Counted from the first letter of the stretch, positions 40,001 through 49,800 are shown. The stretch: DNA of 64,000 nt from an uncultured Bacteroidales bacterium (GCA_964614525.1 CAZTPA010000009.1:306-64305), one strand, 5' to 3'. The notes: a model not told the origin generated them from the letters alone. Program-made: numbers and translations.

Positions 40001-40300
40001 GGAAGGTGCAGCCATCAAAGAAGTCACATAAACACCATGAAGAGGAATACGAATAGGATCCCAGTTTTCGCCATCATATTGCAGCACGCGATATGCATTG
40101 CCAAAATACATAATACCGTGAAGATCTTCGGTAATTGCCCAGTTTTGAGCACTGCATGAATCCCCATATTCACGCTGAGTATAATTTACAGTTGGTTGTC
40201 TTTCAAAGTGATTTACAAGTGGCTTTGAATTAAGGCTTACTGCATAAATATTCATTGTCGAAATCAGAAAAATGAATAAAGATGCAATTAGTTTGAACAT
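37058..40300 (-). CDS. transmembrane sensor phosphatase: periplasmic beta-propeller plus Y_Y_Y domain, TM helix, coiled coil, cytoplasmic SpoIIE/PP2C domain
   Basis: 1080-aa ORF with a signal anchor and repeated propeller units (LWIGTLNEGAW, VWIATDDGLLKV). Y_Y_Y-like: YSFKLEGLDEDWSEW...EGEYIFFVKAKD. TM: AYIAYGILALLIIMLIV. PP2C core: SGDFYW...AADCTGHGVPGAFMSMLG...FSDGYRDQFGG. Confidence 0.8.
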   Translation of the reverse strand: MFKLIASLFIFLISTMNIYAVSLNSKPLVNHFERQPTVNYTQREYGDSCSAQNWAITEDLHGIMYFGNAYRVLQYDGENWDPIRIPLHGVYVTSLMAAPSGEIFVGASGEFGFLKTKPTGKYEYVSLSDSLSAEDSFFNNVWRIYYYNQKVLFFAQENIFLWDGESLEIIEPQTSFHLAFVVEGELFVRQRGIGLMKYDGQNFKLVKNGEIFSDYGIFGIFPGNDNEYLLVSQEIGLFKYSLKEESKGIYPLFSNYTDYLNNSQIIGGTMLHNNLIALSTLNSGVVIIDQDGNLYQIIDQNSGLRDNEINQVFQDSNNNLWITLNTGISMVNYNSGISMFDYNTGIWGTTQSVIQHNEDIFAGTSIGLFKKNIIPDDKVFKHFSQIGNTNFDVKSLMSIDDNLIIGSSDGLFVWSEKAGLKIIEDIDAPVIYFSQKNDLLFVIGENGLFVYATKRGLRKLAEYPELSSLNPLNIAENILYSGDGNDLWIGTLNEGAWNVLIKPDYTYEMDMYIGQQTGLGQTWVRPFNYKENVYFGVASGLMHFIRDDYDDSAQEDSNAKREQGFFDYVDIPGIDSVSVLLLKYMHNKAWISLDNEIHYGLSLKDLDNKPFTIVDAGRIYDLTAVDSANVWIATDDGLLKVNTDWKEKFSDIPKINFSRILTKNDSILFYYPYRKGIPRRIVLPYSSNRIIFEFASPFIENNHKALYSFKLEGLDEDWSEWTELNTQEYINLREGEYIFFVKAKDIYENESEVISYVVRILPPWYRTTFAYIAYGILALLIIMLIVKLSLMRLKAKNIQLEKIIEKRTEEIRAQKNEISKQHKLVLRQKDEITSSIRYASRIQNALVPEEDFLKKYLPESFIFWVPRDIVSGDFYWVKANEPYVSIVAADCTGHGVPGAFMSMLGIAFLNEVALREQTENVSAVLDQLREKTKTTLGQTGSRAEQKDGMDLAFCTLNTESNVLYYAGANNPLFLIRNNELTEYKPTRNPIGIHHKERPFETHQIQLQSNDVVYIFSDGYRDQFGGPKGVSMGKNAFKELLLSIYKNPMEKQKGLLEQKLKDWMTDEYFQIDDILVIGFRV

Positions 40301-40335
40301 AAAATAGTATTTGAGGAAGCCTTTTTCAGAATAAT

Positions 40336-41139
40336 TTACATGTCAATATTTTCTTTGATCCACTCTTCAAGGCTCTCACGATCAGGCGTACCATAGAACT
40401 CATTAATAAAAGACAGAGCTTCGTTTACTTTTTCCTCATATGATTTCTCTTCGAAGACTTCAAAAATTATAGTAATCTCATTAGCAAGTTCCTGGTTATC
40501 AATAATTACAGGTTCAAAACTACCCAATAATGTATTTTTGTTACCAAGATTTCTTTGCATATACCAAACTTCCATTTCAGAAACAGCATCTTGTTCTATT
40601 GAATTACCGTCAACCTTAAAAATCTCATCTTTGTTTAAAATGAGATAATTATCCTTAAATGATAATTTTTTGTTTATTTTCTCATTATTGTAAACATATT
40701 GGATATAGAAGAAATTATCTTCATCCATTGGAAAAGCATCGGGATTCATTTTAAGGTTAACTTTATCAAAAAGCACATATTTACCATTAAAATGATTCTT
40801 CATATCCAGGACTGTCATTAGTTCTGAGCTTCTGGAACTGATATTACTCATGGCGGGAGTATAACTTGCTTTAGCGTAAGCCAGGTCAGTATTGTCGGGT
40901 CTGAGGACAAAACGGCCATTTTCAGGACTAATTACTGTTGCAATAGAATTATAGGTTTTAAAAACAAGAGGATCTTCCTCATTAAACACGGTGCCTCTTT
41001 CGAGCATAGCATTTGTTTTTTCCAATAAGATTGTACCATTAACTCTTATAGTGTGATAATCCTGAGCATTAAGGTTAGTGCTGCATAAAAAAGATGCAGT
41101 AACTATAATTCCTGTTATAGCTTTAATAATTGTTTTCAT
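40336..41139 (-). CDS. secreted protein of unknown function
   Basis: 267-aa ORF with a signal peptide ending NLNAQD. I recognise no family. It lies between the CHAT gene (79-nt gap) and the PP2C sensor gene (35-nt gap) on the same strand. Confidence 0.5.
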   Translation of the reverse strand: MKTIIKAITGIIVTASFLCSTNLNAQDYHTIRVNGTILLEKTNAMLERGTVFNEEDPLVFKTYNSIATVISPENGRFVLRPDNTDLAYAKASYTPAMSNISSRSSELMTVLDMKNHFNGKYVLFDKVNLKMNPDAFPMDEDNFFYIQYVYNNEKINKKLSFKDNYLILNKDEIFKVDGNSIEQDAVSEMEVWYMQRNLGNKNTLLGSFEPVIIDNQELANEITIIFEVFEEKSYEEKVNEALSFINEFYGTPDRESLEEWIKENIDM

Positions 41140-41218
41140 GTCTGAATATTTTTGTAATTGTTTTTTAAGAGGATAAATTTACAAATTAGTATAATAAATT
41201 CCTAAATATTCTTAAATT

Positions 41219-44200
41219 TTATTCAATAAGTACAAAAGCAGCCCAAAAAAACGGGTCATATTTGCTTCTCATAATCTTTTGTGTTTCAAAAAAAGCCTCA
41301 TGTAAATCATTCTTATGTAACAATAATTTATAGAAGTTTCTCATAAACTCCTCTGTTTCATTATCCGGCACTTTCCACAAACTCATTATCATGTGATTTG
41401 TTCCCGCCATTTTAAAGGCTCTTTGCAAACCATACACACCTTCACTGCCTTTGATTTCACCAAGTCCGGTCTCACAAGCCGACATAACAACGAGTTTATT
41501 TTCTCTCATATCGATATTAATAACTTCCAATGCAGTCAATACGCCATCATCTCCATTTATTTCCTTTGAGCCTGACCAATAATCATTAACACCGGCAAAT
41601 ACCAATCCCGATCTCATAAGAGGATTATTGTTATTGACGAAGTTCTTGTGTCCAAAACCGGGCGTTCCTGCTCTAAAAACCACATCATCATAAATCACTT
41701 CAGATGCGACTATTTCTTTGATTTTTTCAGGATCCGGAAAAAAGAAACCGTGCGTAGCAACATGCAATAATTGACTATTTTTTGCTAAATCCTTAAAATT
41801 CTCTTCGGTTGCATTTCTGCCGGTTTTAGTTATTGTGTTCGGAGCTTTTGACGTTGCAATAGTTTTAATATTATTAACCTCATCCAAAGTACCCGGCAAA
41901 TATGCCCACGACATGTCATCAGACTCTATTGCGTAATCAATACCGCCAAATAATGTCAAGCGGGTTTCTTCATTAATACTAAAATCAGATTCGGTGCCAA
42001 CATATGCTGTTGTACTTAGATTGAACAAGTTATAATCATCAATAATAAAATGATCTCCCTCAGTACTAATAGCTGAAAAAGCTATCTTATGTAATAAGCC
42101 GGATGCTGATAAATAAACATTATCAGTATGATGAAGATAGCCTTCAAGTGGTTTCCAAATAATATCATACAAGTTTGAAACTGTAGTGTATCTTTCACCA
42201 TAAATACTGCTGATATACTGATAATTATTACCACCGTACTGACTTAATACATCACTAAGCAATTCTTCCTTGAATAAAGATATCATAGCAGGAAAATCTC
42301 TTTCAGGCTTTATAATAAGAGCGCAATATAAAATTTCATCATTAGAATTTTTAAAGTGAGTGAATTCAACAGCAGCTTCGTTAGGTTTCAAACTTTCTTT
42401 TACTGTTTGCCATGATATAGCAATGCTTTTTTCGAACTCATTAAACTCATTTGAATTTCTAACCAGGAATCTTTCTAATTCATTTGCTTTTTCTTCAAGT
42501 TCAGAAAGATCTGCCTCTCTTTCATCAGCAGCTAATGTGTACAATTCTGCAATATTTTGCTTGAGTTGTATCCAGTTATTGAATCTTGTTATCAAGTCCT
42601 CATCATTGCTTGACAATATAGCATTTCTCATAGCTGAACTTGACTTCAGCAACAGGCCTTTATTTCTTAAAAGATTATCATAAACATTGCCGCTTATAGC
42701 AGGATTTATATGCTGATACTTAAGAGCAAAGTCATTAAAGCGATCAAAATCTTCTGCCACAGTTTCAAAGAATTTTTCCTTTTCACTTTCAGAAAGAATA
42801 GAAAAATTCCTGGTAATTTCATCATGATTCATTTCAATAACCTGCAAATAATATTTTTCAGCCTCTTCGAACTTATTCGTAATATTATATGCCCAGGCTA
42901 ATTGCCTGCATGCCTCTCTCAAAGTATTTAAATATCCGCCGTCTTCAGAAATCATACGACTTTTATCTGCGAGATTAATTGCTACATTATATTCACCTTC
43001 TTCTATCTTAAGTGCTGACAAGCTTGCCAGCACCATAGCTTTTCCGTGTTTATCATTAATTTCTTCATAAATATCAAGAGACTGAGAATAATAATCCACA
43101 GCCTTTTGGAAATCTCCCTGGAACCTGTGAATATTCCCCATATTTAAAAGGCTGGCAGCAAGTCCTGACCTATCATTTGCACTAAACTTAATATTAAAAG
43201 ATTTTTGATAATAATCACTCGCTGTAGAATAATCGCCGGCAATTTCATAAATAACACCCAGATTATTATAACAATATGCTATTGCATCCTTTTTGCCCAA
43301 TTGCTCATAAATCAGAGTAGCTTTAAGGTAAGAGTTCTCTGCTCTTAGCAAATCACCCAGTTGCCTAAAAACCACACCCATATTATTGTAAATTGCAGCC
43401 TCTGCCTCTCTGTTTTCCATTTTATCGGCAAACTTCAAGGCCTCTTCATATAAATCAATTGCTTTAGGAAGGTCACCATAGATTTCCTGAACATTTGCTA
43501 AAGCATTCAGGCAGGATGAAGCCATGTTCATTTCATCGTTTTCCCTGAAGATCAATAATGCCTTCTCATAATTTTCAATAGCAAGTTTAAACTGTGTTTC
43601 CTGGCGAAACAAATCGGCCAGGCCGTAATAAGACTCAGCCACAATATTATCATACGGTTCTAAATCAGAATTTATATTCTTATTATAAAACTCTTTTGCT
43701 TTGTAAATATTTTTTTCTTTTTCGTAAGTCTTTGCAATAATGTTATTGATTTTAGCAACTTCTGGGATATTATTCATATCCAAATAATCATTTTGAGCTT
43801 TAATGAAATATTCTCTGGCCTCACTATACTTTTCTGCCTGCACCAACACATCGCCAATGCTCATATTTGCTCGCGTAATAAGTATTGGGTCATTAAGCTC
43901 TTTTCCCAGTTCAAGATATTCATTATAATATTGCAAAGACTTATCTACCTCACCCATATGTGAGTATATATTACTTAAGTTGAGCAAGCCATCAAACAGC
44001 ATTTGCCCCTGCCCCGTCTCCTTTGCAAGTTCAACAACAATTTTCCAGGCTTCTACACATTCATTATAATTACCCAAATTATAATGAATAATAGCAATAT
44101 TATTCAGAGCAAGAACTTCATAATTCTTATTTCCAACACTTCTGCTATATTCCAGATATTTTGAATAATATTCGTATGCCTTATTATATTCATGATTATC

Positions 44201-44992
44201 ATAATAGTTAGATCCTAAATTAGAATATATCAAACCTAAATTTTCAGTCTCATTTCTTTTGAGACTTTCCTCCAATGACATTTCCCAATATTTTATAGCC
44301 TTATCTGTTTCGTTCAATTTTGTATAAAGCATTGCAATATTAATAATCTCACTAACGGTTTCAATAGGCATATTTGATTCCTGTTGCAATTCCAGCAAGG
44401 TTTGATAATAATAAGCTGCTGCATAGTAATTACCCATATTCGCATATAATGCGCCAAGATTACCCTTGCAATAAATCATACCATCAGTATCTTCAAGCTT
44501 TTTATTGTATGCCAGGGAAATTTCAAAATACTCAATAGCTTTAAAATAGTTTCTGTTTTTAGCAAAAAATACAGCAAGATTATTAGAACAATATACAGCC
44601 AACTTAAAATCCTTAATTAAATCTGCTATAATAAGAGCTTTTTTAAGAAAAGCTTCTCCATTATCCTTATCGTTTTTTTGAAGATAAATTAATCCGGATT
44701 CGGCTAAGGATAATGACACAAAATACTTTTCCGGTTCTGATGCGTTTTTTTTCCACTTTTCAAAGAAATCATTATCATTAATTTTTTGAGGAAGAATCTT
44801 AGAATAGTAAAAAAGTGCAGAATCCGGATTTGAAGTTTCTAATGATTTTGCTTTTTCAAACTTTTGCTGCAATTTCTGCGGATTATCTGCAATGTCATAT
44901 TCATCAAAAGAATTGGCTTTGGCGCAAGCAGAAGCTATAAGTATAGCTGCAAATACTGAGCATAAATATTGAGTAAAAAGGGTTTTGCTCAT
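41219..44992 (-). CDS. TPR-repeat CHAT-domain (caspase-like) protease, probable lipoprotein
   Basis: 1257-aa ORF. The signal peptide has lipobox-like ASAC. A long TPR array follows (e.g. YNKAYEYYSKYLEYS, LPKAIDLYEEALKFA). The C-terminal CHAT domain has His in LLHVATHGFF and Cys in LVVMSACETGLGE. Confidence 0.8.
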   Translation of the reverse strand: MSKTLFTQYLCSVFAAILIASACAKANSFDEYDIADNPQKLQQKFEKAKSLETSNPDSALFYYSKILPQKINDNDFFEKWKKNASEPEKYFVSLSLAESGLIYLQKNDKDNGEAFLKKALIIADLIKDFKLAVYCSNNLAVFFAKNRNYFKAIEYFEISLAYNKKLEDTDGMIYCKGNLGALYANMGNYYAAAYYYQTLLELQQESNMPIETVSEIINIAMLYTKLNETDKAIKYWEMSLEESLKRNETENLGLIYSNLGSNYYDNHEYNKAYEYYSKYLEYSRSVGNKNYEVLALNNIAIIHYNLGNYNECVEAWKIVVELAKETGQGQMLFDGLLNLSNIYSHMGEVDKSLQYYNEYLELGKELNDPILITRANMSIGDVLVQAEKYSEAREYFIKAQNDYLDMNNIPEVAKINNIIAKTYEKEKNIYKAKEFYNKNINSDLEPYDNIVAESYYGLADLFRQETQFKLAIENYEKALLIFRENDEMNMASSCLNALANVQEIYGDLPKAIDLYEEALKFADKMENREAEAAIYNNMGVVFRQLGDLLRAENSYLKATLIYEQLGKKDAIAYCYNNLGVIYEIAGDYSTASDYYQKSFNIKFSANDRSGLAASLLNMGNIHRFQGDFQKAVDYYSQSLDIYEEINDKHGKAMVLASLSALKIEEGEYNVAINLADKSRMISEDGGYLNTLREACRQLAWAYNITNKFEEAEKYYLQVIEMNHDEITRNFSILSESEKEKFFETVAEDFDRFNDFALKYQHINPAISGNVYDNLLRNKGLLLKSSSAMRNAILSSNDEDLITRFNNWIQLKQNIAELYTLAADEREADLSELEEKANELERFLVRNSNEFNEFEKSIAISWQTVKESLKPNEAAVEFTHFKNSNDEILYCALIIKPERDFPAMISLFKEELLSDVLSQYGGNNYQYISSIYGERYTTVSNLYDIIWKPLEGYLHHTDNVYLSASGLLHKIAFSAISTEGDHFIIDDYNLFNLSTTAYVGTESDFSINEETRLTLFGGIDYAIESDDMSWAYLPGTLDEVNNIKTIATSKAPNTITKTGRNATEENFKDLAKNSQLLHVATHGFFFPDPEKIKEIVASEVIYDDVVFRAGTPGFGHKNFVNNNNPLMRSGLVFAGVNDYWSGSKEINGDDGVLTALEVINIDMRENKLVVMSACETGLGEIKGSEGVYGLQRAFKMAGTNHMIMSLWKVPDNETEEFMRNFYKLLLHKNDLHEAFFETQKIMRSKYDPFFWAAFVLIE

Positions 44993-45087
44993 CTTAGGTT
45001 TTTGTCTTTGTTTTTTTAGAAGTATGTGAAATAATACCTGATGTCAGATAAAGCTAATTTTAACAAAAAAGCAATATAATTCATAAG

Positions 45088-45095
45088 CAAAATTA
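45088..45095 (-). promoter_or_regulatory. candidate -7 box (TAATTTTG on the minus strand) for the CHAT operon
   Basis: Plus-strand CAAAATTA lies about 96 nt upstream of the CHAT gene start. Confidence 0.3.
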
Positions 45096-45232
45096 GTTGT
45101 TTTTTATTAAAAAAATTGAATAGCATACAAATTTAGTAATTATCCAAGTTTTATTTCAACAAACGGATTTGTTTTGGCATCAAGGTTTTAAGATTTTATA
45201 TAAACTTATTTAATTAAAACAAATTAAAATTA

Positions 45233-45240
45233 TAAATTTG
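45233..45240 (+). promoter_or_regulatory. candidate -7 box TAAATTTG for the OmpA-family gene
   Basis: Exact TAnnTTTG match 62 nt upstream of ATG 45302. Confidence 0.4.
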
Positions 45241-45301
45241 CGGTAAGTAATGTATGTATTTATATGTTATTTCTGTGAAATTATAATTTAAATCTTTTAG
45301 A

Positions 45302-47371
45302 ATGTTTGCGATAAAGAAAAAAGCATGTTTATTAAAATTGATTATCATTTTAATATGCTTTTTCTACATATTTCCTGCATCATTATATGCACAGATTGAC
45401 TCTATCCCTTCGATGCTAAACACCTGGAATACTGTAAAGGCTTTTACAATAAATTCTGATGAAGATTACATGCTTGTTATAATAGAGCATCAGGAAAAAG
45501 ATCAGATATTTGAAACAAGGTTAGTTAATAAGAAATGGTCTGATCCGGTACCAATAAGCGCAATTAACAATTTCGGAGGAGGCAAAGCAAATATTGGAGG
45601 TCCTTCTTTTAATTATGATGCCAGTGAATTATATTTTCACGCAGACTACTCAGATGCAATTGGTGGTTTCGATATTTATTATTCAAACAAAACACGAACA
45701 GGATGGAGTACTCCCATAAATATTGGGAGCATAATAAATTCTAAAAATGATGATATGTATCCATCTATTGCCGTTGGGGGAGAGAAAATATATTTTTCAA
45801 GAAGAAATGCAAATGCTGATGCAAAGAAACCCAGAAGGACACCTGATTGTCAAACGTTTTTTTCATCCCATAAAAACACATCCCGTGAATGGAGCACTCC
45901 AATACCCATGCATGACGAAATCAACCGGGCTTGCGAGTATAGCATCTCGATTGCTGATGATAATAAAACTATTTTCTTTTCTTCAGTAGATCAGGATAAT
46001 TATCGTGATGGATATAATGTTTATTATGCAAAAGAGATTTTGAAAAATACATGGATGCTTCCTGCAATAATTCCAAATATTGCTTCGGAAGAAACAAATA
46101 TTAACCCGCGAATAGTTGGTGATAACATTTATTTTTTAAGAGAAACTGAAACAAGAAGAACTAAACTCGGGACAATATACGCTGCCAAACTACCTGAGAA
46201 TGCAATACCTGAACCCACAATAGTTTCAAGAGGAAGAATAATCAACCAGGCAGTAAAAAGGCCTGTTCGAGCAAAACTAACTGTATTTGACCCCACAACA
46301 CTGGCAATTATAGGAGAATTTTACTCTGATAGTCAAAGCGGAGAATACAAAATTCCATTATTAGACAATAAAAACTATATAGTTGACGTGCGAAATCCCG
46401 GCTTATCATTTGCCAGCTTTCAGCTTGACTACAGAGAAGAAGAAAAGATTACCGGTCCAACTCTCATTGAACTTTTTGACGAAACCAATCTGATTATTTC
46501 TGTTTATGATGGAGAAATATTCAGACCTTTAGAAGCAGAAATATGGGCAGAAATAATTTCTGATAATGACAAAAAAATTAAAGCTGTAAAAAATGCAGAG
46601 GGAAAATATGCACTAAAACTTCCCATAGGCCATAATTACTTAATTAGAGCAGAAGCAAAAGGATTTAAAAGTAATGAACTGGAGTTTAATCTAAGAGGAG
46701 ATATTGTATTTTCAAAATTTGAAAGAAACATTCCATTAGAACCTATAAAAGTTCCATTTGAAATAACCATTGCCGACTATCAAACAAAAGATGCAGTAAA
46801 TGCAGATGTTTTTATTACTAACTTAAACAGGGAGGAAACAATATTTTTCTCAGCCCAGGATATAAAAGATGGGAAAGTAACTGCGATGCTTCGTGAAGGA
46901 GACCAATATGAATTCACAATTAAAGGTGCTGAAGGTTATTCTTTTCATAATCAAGTGGTAAATGTTTCCGGAGAAGAAGAATCGAATGTTGAAGTAGATC
47001 TTGTTTCACTAAAAGAAGAAACTACTATTAGGCTTAATAATATACACTTTGCTTCCAATTCGGCAGAACTGAACTCCGAATCTTTTGCTGAACTGAACAG
47101 AGTTGTTGAGCTGATATTTACGAATCCAAAAGTTGTATTAGAAATAGCAGCCCATACTGATGACGTTGGAAGCGATTCTTATAATATGATGTTGTCAGAG
47201 AGAAGAGCACAATCGGTAGTTAATTACTTGCTTGACAATGAAGTTCCCGGAAATAATATTATTGCGAAAGGTTACGGGCTAAGAAATCCGGCAGTACCTA
47301 ATACATCAGACGAAAACCGTGCTCTGAACCGACGGGTTGAATTTAAAATTATAGAAGTAAAAAAAGAGTAA
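45302..47371 (+). CDS. OmpA-family protein with N-terminal PD40/TolB-like propeller repeats and CarboxypepD_reg-like middle region
   Basis: 689-aa ORF with a signal peptide and PD40-like units (ELYFHADYSDAIGGFDIYYS; DMYPSIAVGGEKIYFSRR). C-terminal OmpA domain: IHFASNSAEL...AHTDDVGSDSYNMMLSERRA...NRRVEF. Confidence 0.8.
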   Translation: MFAIKKKACLLKLIIILICFFYIFPASLYAQIDSIPSMLNTWNTVKAFTINSDEDYMLVIIEHQEKDQIFETRLVNKKWSDPVPISAINNFGGGKANIGGPSFNYDASELYFHADYSDAIGGFDIYYSNKTRTGWSTPINIGSIINSKNDDMYPSIAVGGEKIYFSRRNANADAKKPRRTPDCQTFFSSHKNTSREWSTPIPMHDEINRACEYSISIADDNKTIFFSSVDQDNYRDGYNVYYAKEILKNTWMLPAIIPNIASEETNINPRIVGDNIYFLRETETRRTKLGTIYAAKLPENAIPEPTIVSRGRIINQAVKRPVRAKLTVFDPTTLAIIGEFYSDSQSGEYKIPLLDNKNYIVDVRNPGLSFASFQLDYREEEKITGPTLIELFDETNLIISVYDGEIFRPLEAEIWAEIISDNDKKIKAVKNAEGKYALKLPIGHNYLIRAEAKGFKSNELEFNLRGDIVFSKFERNIPLEPIKVPFEITIADYQTKDAVNADVFITNLNREETIFFSAQDIKDGKVTAMLREGDQYEFTIKGAEGYSFHNQVVNVSGEEESNVEVDLVSLKEETTIRLNNIHFASNSAELNSESFAELNRVVELIFTNPKVVLEIAAHTDDVGSDSYNMMLSERRAQSVVNYLLDNEVPGNNIIAKGYGLRNPAVPNTSDENRALNRRVEFKIIEVKKE

Positions 47372-47428
47372 TCTGTTATAATTTATAAACTAACAAGACT
47401 AATTATCTGAATACAGAATCACAAAGCA

Positions 47429-49696
47429 ATGAAAAAAACAAGAATATCCATAAAAAAATCATTTTGGCTTCTATTACTTGTGTTATTATGCTGTGTTTCC
47501 AGAGCCTCAGCTCAAAAGATTGATTATGACGAACTGATTGAAAACCTCAATTCATTAACCAACGAACAAGCTTTTTACAGATTATTCAAATACCAGTCAC
47601 AAAATCCTACTTTTGCTAATGCCTACATCCAATTGGGAAATGTGTGTGAAAATATTTTTAAAGATTTAGATCCCTTACAGGATATTGAGCTTATAAATTA
47701 TTGGGCTTCAAATGCTGAATTGTATTACCAACTGTTTCCCGCATATCTTGAGAGTGGAGAAGTAAGAAGAAACAGAAGTTATTATACAAATATTCCTGTC
47801 GAGACCTCGGGCAAGAGGCTTGATAATGAAGATGTTTTAGCATACACGAAAGAACAAATTGAATATTGCAAAAATTACAAAGACACAGTATTATTAATTT
47901 ATTCAACTTTTGAAAAATCAAAAGACCATTACAATAAGTGTGTGCGTATTTTTAATGAAATTAATCAAAACTATGATAATTTAAATGAAGTTTTACTACA
48001 AACAGATGATGAGTTCATCACTACCCTGGATGATTTGCAATTTAATTTCAGCGCCTGTATAAATGAGTTTAAAACCTACAGATCTGTATTAAATAAGTTT
48101 TCAGAGAAATACGAAAATCAAGAATATATTTTAAAAAAAATTGAAACATTCAGGCTTGACGGATTAACAAATAGCAATTTTCTCCTTGACACATTTTATC
48201 TTTGGGATTATGACGATTGGACCAAAAGTTTCTTAGATGTATATAAAGATGAAATAGTAGGGCTAAGAAACGAAATTAGTTCTATTAATAAACTATTTAA
48301 AAACAACACAAATCTAATAAATCAGCTTGATTATATTGATCATGAAATGAAACTGGATGTATTTGACGACTTGTTTCTTTTTAGATTAGGTAAATATGAT
48401 AATAATTCGCTGATTCGCGAACTATTTACTTATCTCGAATCAAGACAGAAATATTTGCTTCTAAGTAAAAACATCCTTAATAATCCGGCAGACAGCACAG
48501 CTGAATTAATGAACAAAAAACTCAGGTATTACTACCGGCTTGCAGGAGATCTTAATCATGCCAAAACAAACCTTAGCGATTTTAATAAAGCAATAACACC
48601 AAAAAAAGTTATACGCTTCAAAGAGTTCTTTAACACAAACTATAACGGGGAAGAAGGTTTAAAAAAATACTACACAGAGCAAATATACTTTTTGCGTAAA
48701 AATTTCAGCGCAAATTTGAAGAACCTTAAAAGCTACTTGGAAAACGAACAAACACTAAGACAAAAATATGATTATGCTAATTATAATAATAATCAGTCAA
48801 TCCCATTATTTGCTGTTGATAAAAGCCACGAAAACTTCAACTCCCTAAAATATATAACAAGAAAGATAATATACGAAGAAGGCAAACCTACTTATATTGC
48901 AGGTTATATCAAAAACAATGATAAGCAAACCAGTGCATATGCTGCTAAAATTTCGGATAATATTGATATAGAGTGGATTACTGAATTTAACAATAAAACC
49001 GAGGATACAAATAAAACTCAAAACTCTGAAATAATCACTTCTTACAGTAACGGTCTATGGGCAATAATATCAGAAAAAGGATTAATAAGTGAAGTTGACA
49101 GCCTTGGGATTGAGCAAGAAAGAGAGTTGCTTACAAATATTTTAGTTCATTTGGATAATGCAGGTGAAGAAATTAGCAGAATTAACATTGGAGAAGATAA
49201 TAAACCTTTTTATCTTAAGTATGACGAAATAAATCAACTCAGCATTTTTGGTTTAGGCAAGCAAGACAGATACATTCCTGATGCTTTTACATCTATAAGT
49301 TTATCACAAATTGATTCTACAAATAATATTAATTGGAACATCGACATTAAACTTAAAGGCCAACTTGTAGATATTGTAAGAGCTGAAAATAAGCATATTG
49401 CATTTTTCAACTTTCAGCATTATGATATAAATGGCAATTCTCAAATCACTAAACAAATGGGAGATAACTGGTCATTTGTGATGCTTGAAATTTCAAATGA
49501 TGGTGAAATAACAAAACTGACTCCGATAATTACTGAAGAAAGCATATTTATAAGCAAAGTGTTTAGCATATCGAGCGATGAAATTAGCTTAATTGGCCAT
49601 TCCGGATATCCTGATGACATTGGTGAAGATCTCCACTTTTTAATTGTCTCTTCCGATTCTGAAATTATTTTCAGCAACATCGAATCATCAGAATAA
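47429..49696 (+). CDS. secreted protein of unknown function
   Basis: 755-aa ORF with signal peptide LLLLVLLCCVSRASAQ and Asn/Tyr/Lys-rich composition. I recognise no family. Confidence 0.5.
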   Translation: MKKTRISIKKSFWLLLLVLLCCVSRASAQKIDYDELIENLNSLTNEQAFYRLFKYQSQNPTFANAYIQLGNVCENIFKDLDPLQDIELINYWASNAELYYQLFPAYLESGEVRRNRSYYTNIPVETSGKRLDNEDVLAYTKEQIEYCKNYKDTVLLIYSTFEKSKDHYNKCVRIFNEINQNYDNLNEVLLQTDDEFITTLDDLQFNFSACINEFKTYRSVLNKFSEKYENQEYILKKIETFRLDGLTNSNFLLDTFYLWDYDDWTKSFLDVYKDEIVGLRNEISSINKLFKNNTNLINQLDYIDHEMKLDVFDDLFLFRLGKYDNNSLIRELFTYLESRQKYLLLSKNILNNPADSTAELMNKKLRYYYRLAGDLNHAKTNLSDFNKAITPKKVIRFKEFFNTNYNGEEGLKKYYTEQIYFLRKNFSANLKNLKSYLENEQTLRQKYDYANYNNNQSIPLFAVDKSHENFNSLKYITRKIIYEEGKPTYIAGYIKNNDKQTSAYAAKISDNIDIEWITEFNNKTEDTNKTQNSEIITSYSNGLWAIISEKGLISEVDSLGIEQERELLTNILVHLDNAGEEISRINIGEDNKPFYLKYDEINQLSIFGLGKQDRYIPDAFTSISLSQIDSTNNINWNIDIKLKGQLVDIVRAENKHIAFFNFQHYDINGNSQITKQMGDNWSFVMLEISNDGEITKLTPIITEESIFISKVFSISSDEISLIGHSGYPDDIGEDLHFLIVSSDSEIIFSNIESSE

Positions 49697-49792
49697 AATA
49701 TTAGTTTGCAAAAGAGAATATACTATTAAGGAAATTAAACTTTTGTTTGACAAATTCAGTGAAACTTTGAGTTTATTTTCATTTAATCGCAT

Positions 49793-49800
49793 TAATTTTG
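49793..49800 (+). promoter_or_regulatory. candidate -7 box TAATTTTG for the TPR-PP2C gene
   Basis: Exact TAnnTTTG match 76 nt upstream of ATG 49876. It overlaps the TTG start used by the ORF track, which argues against that start. Confidence 0.4.
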
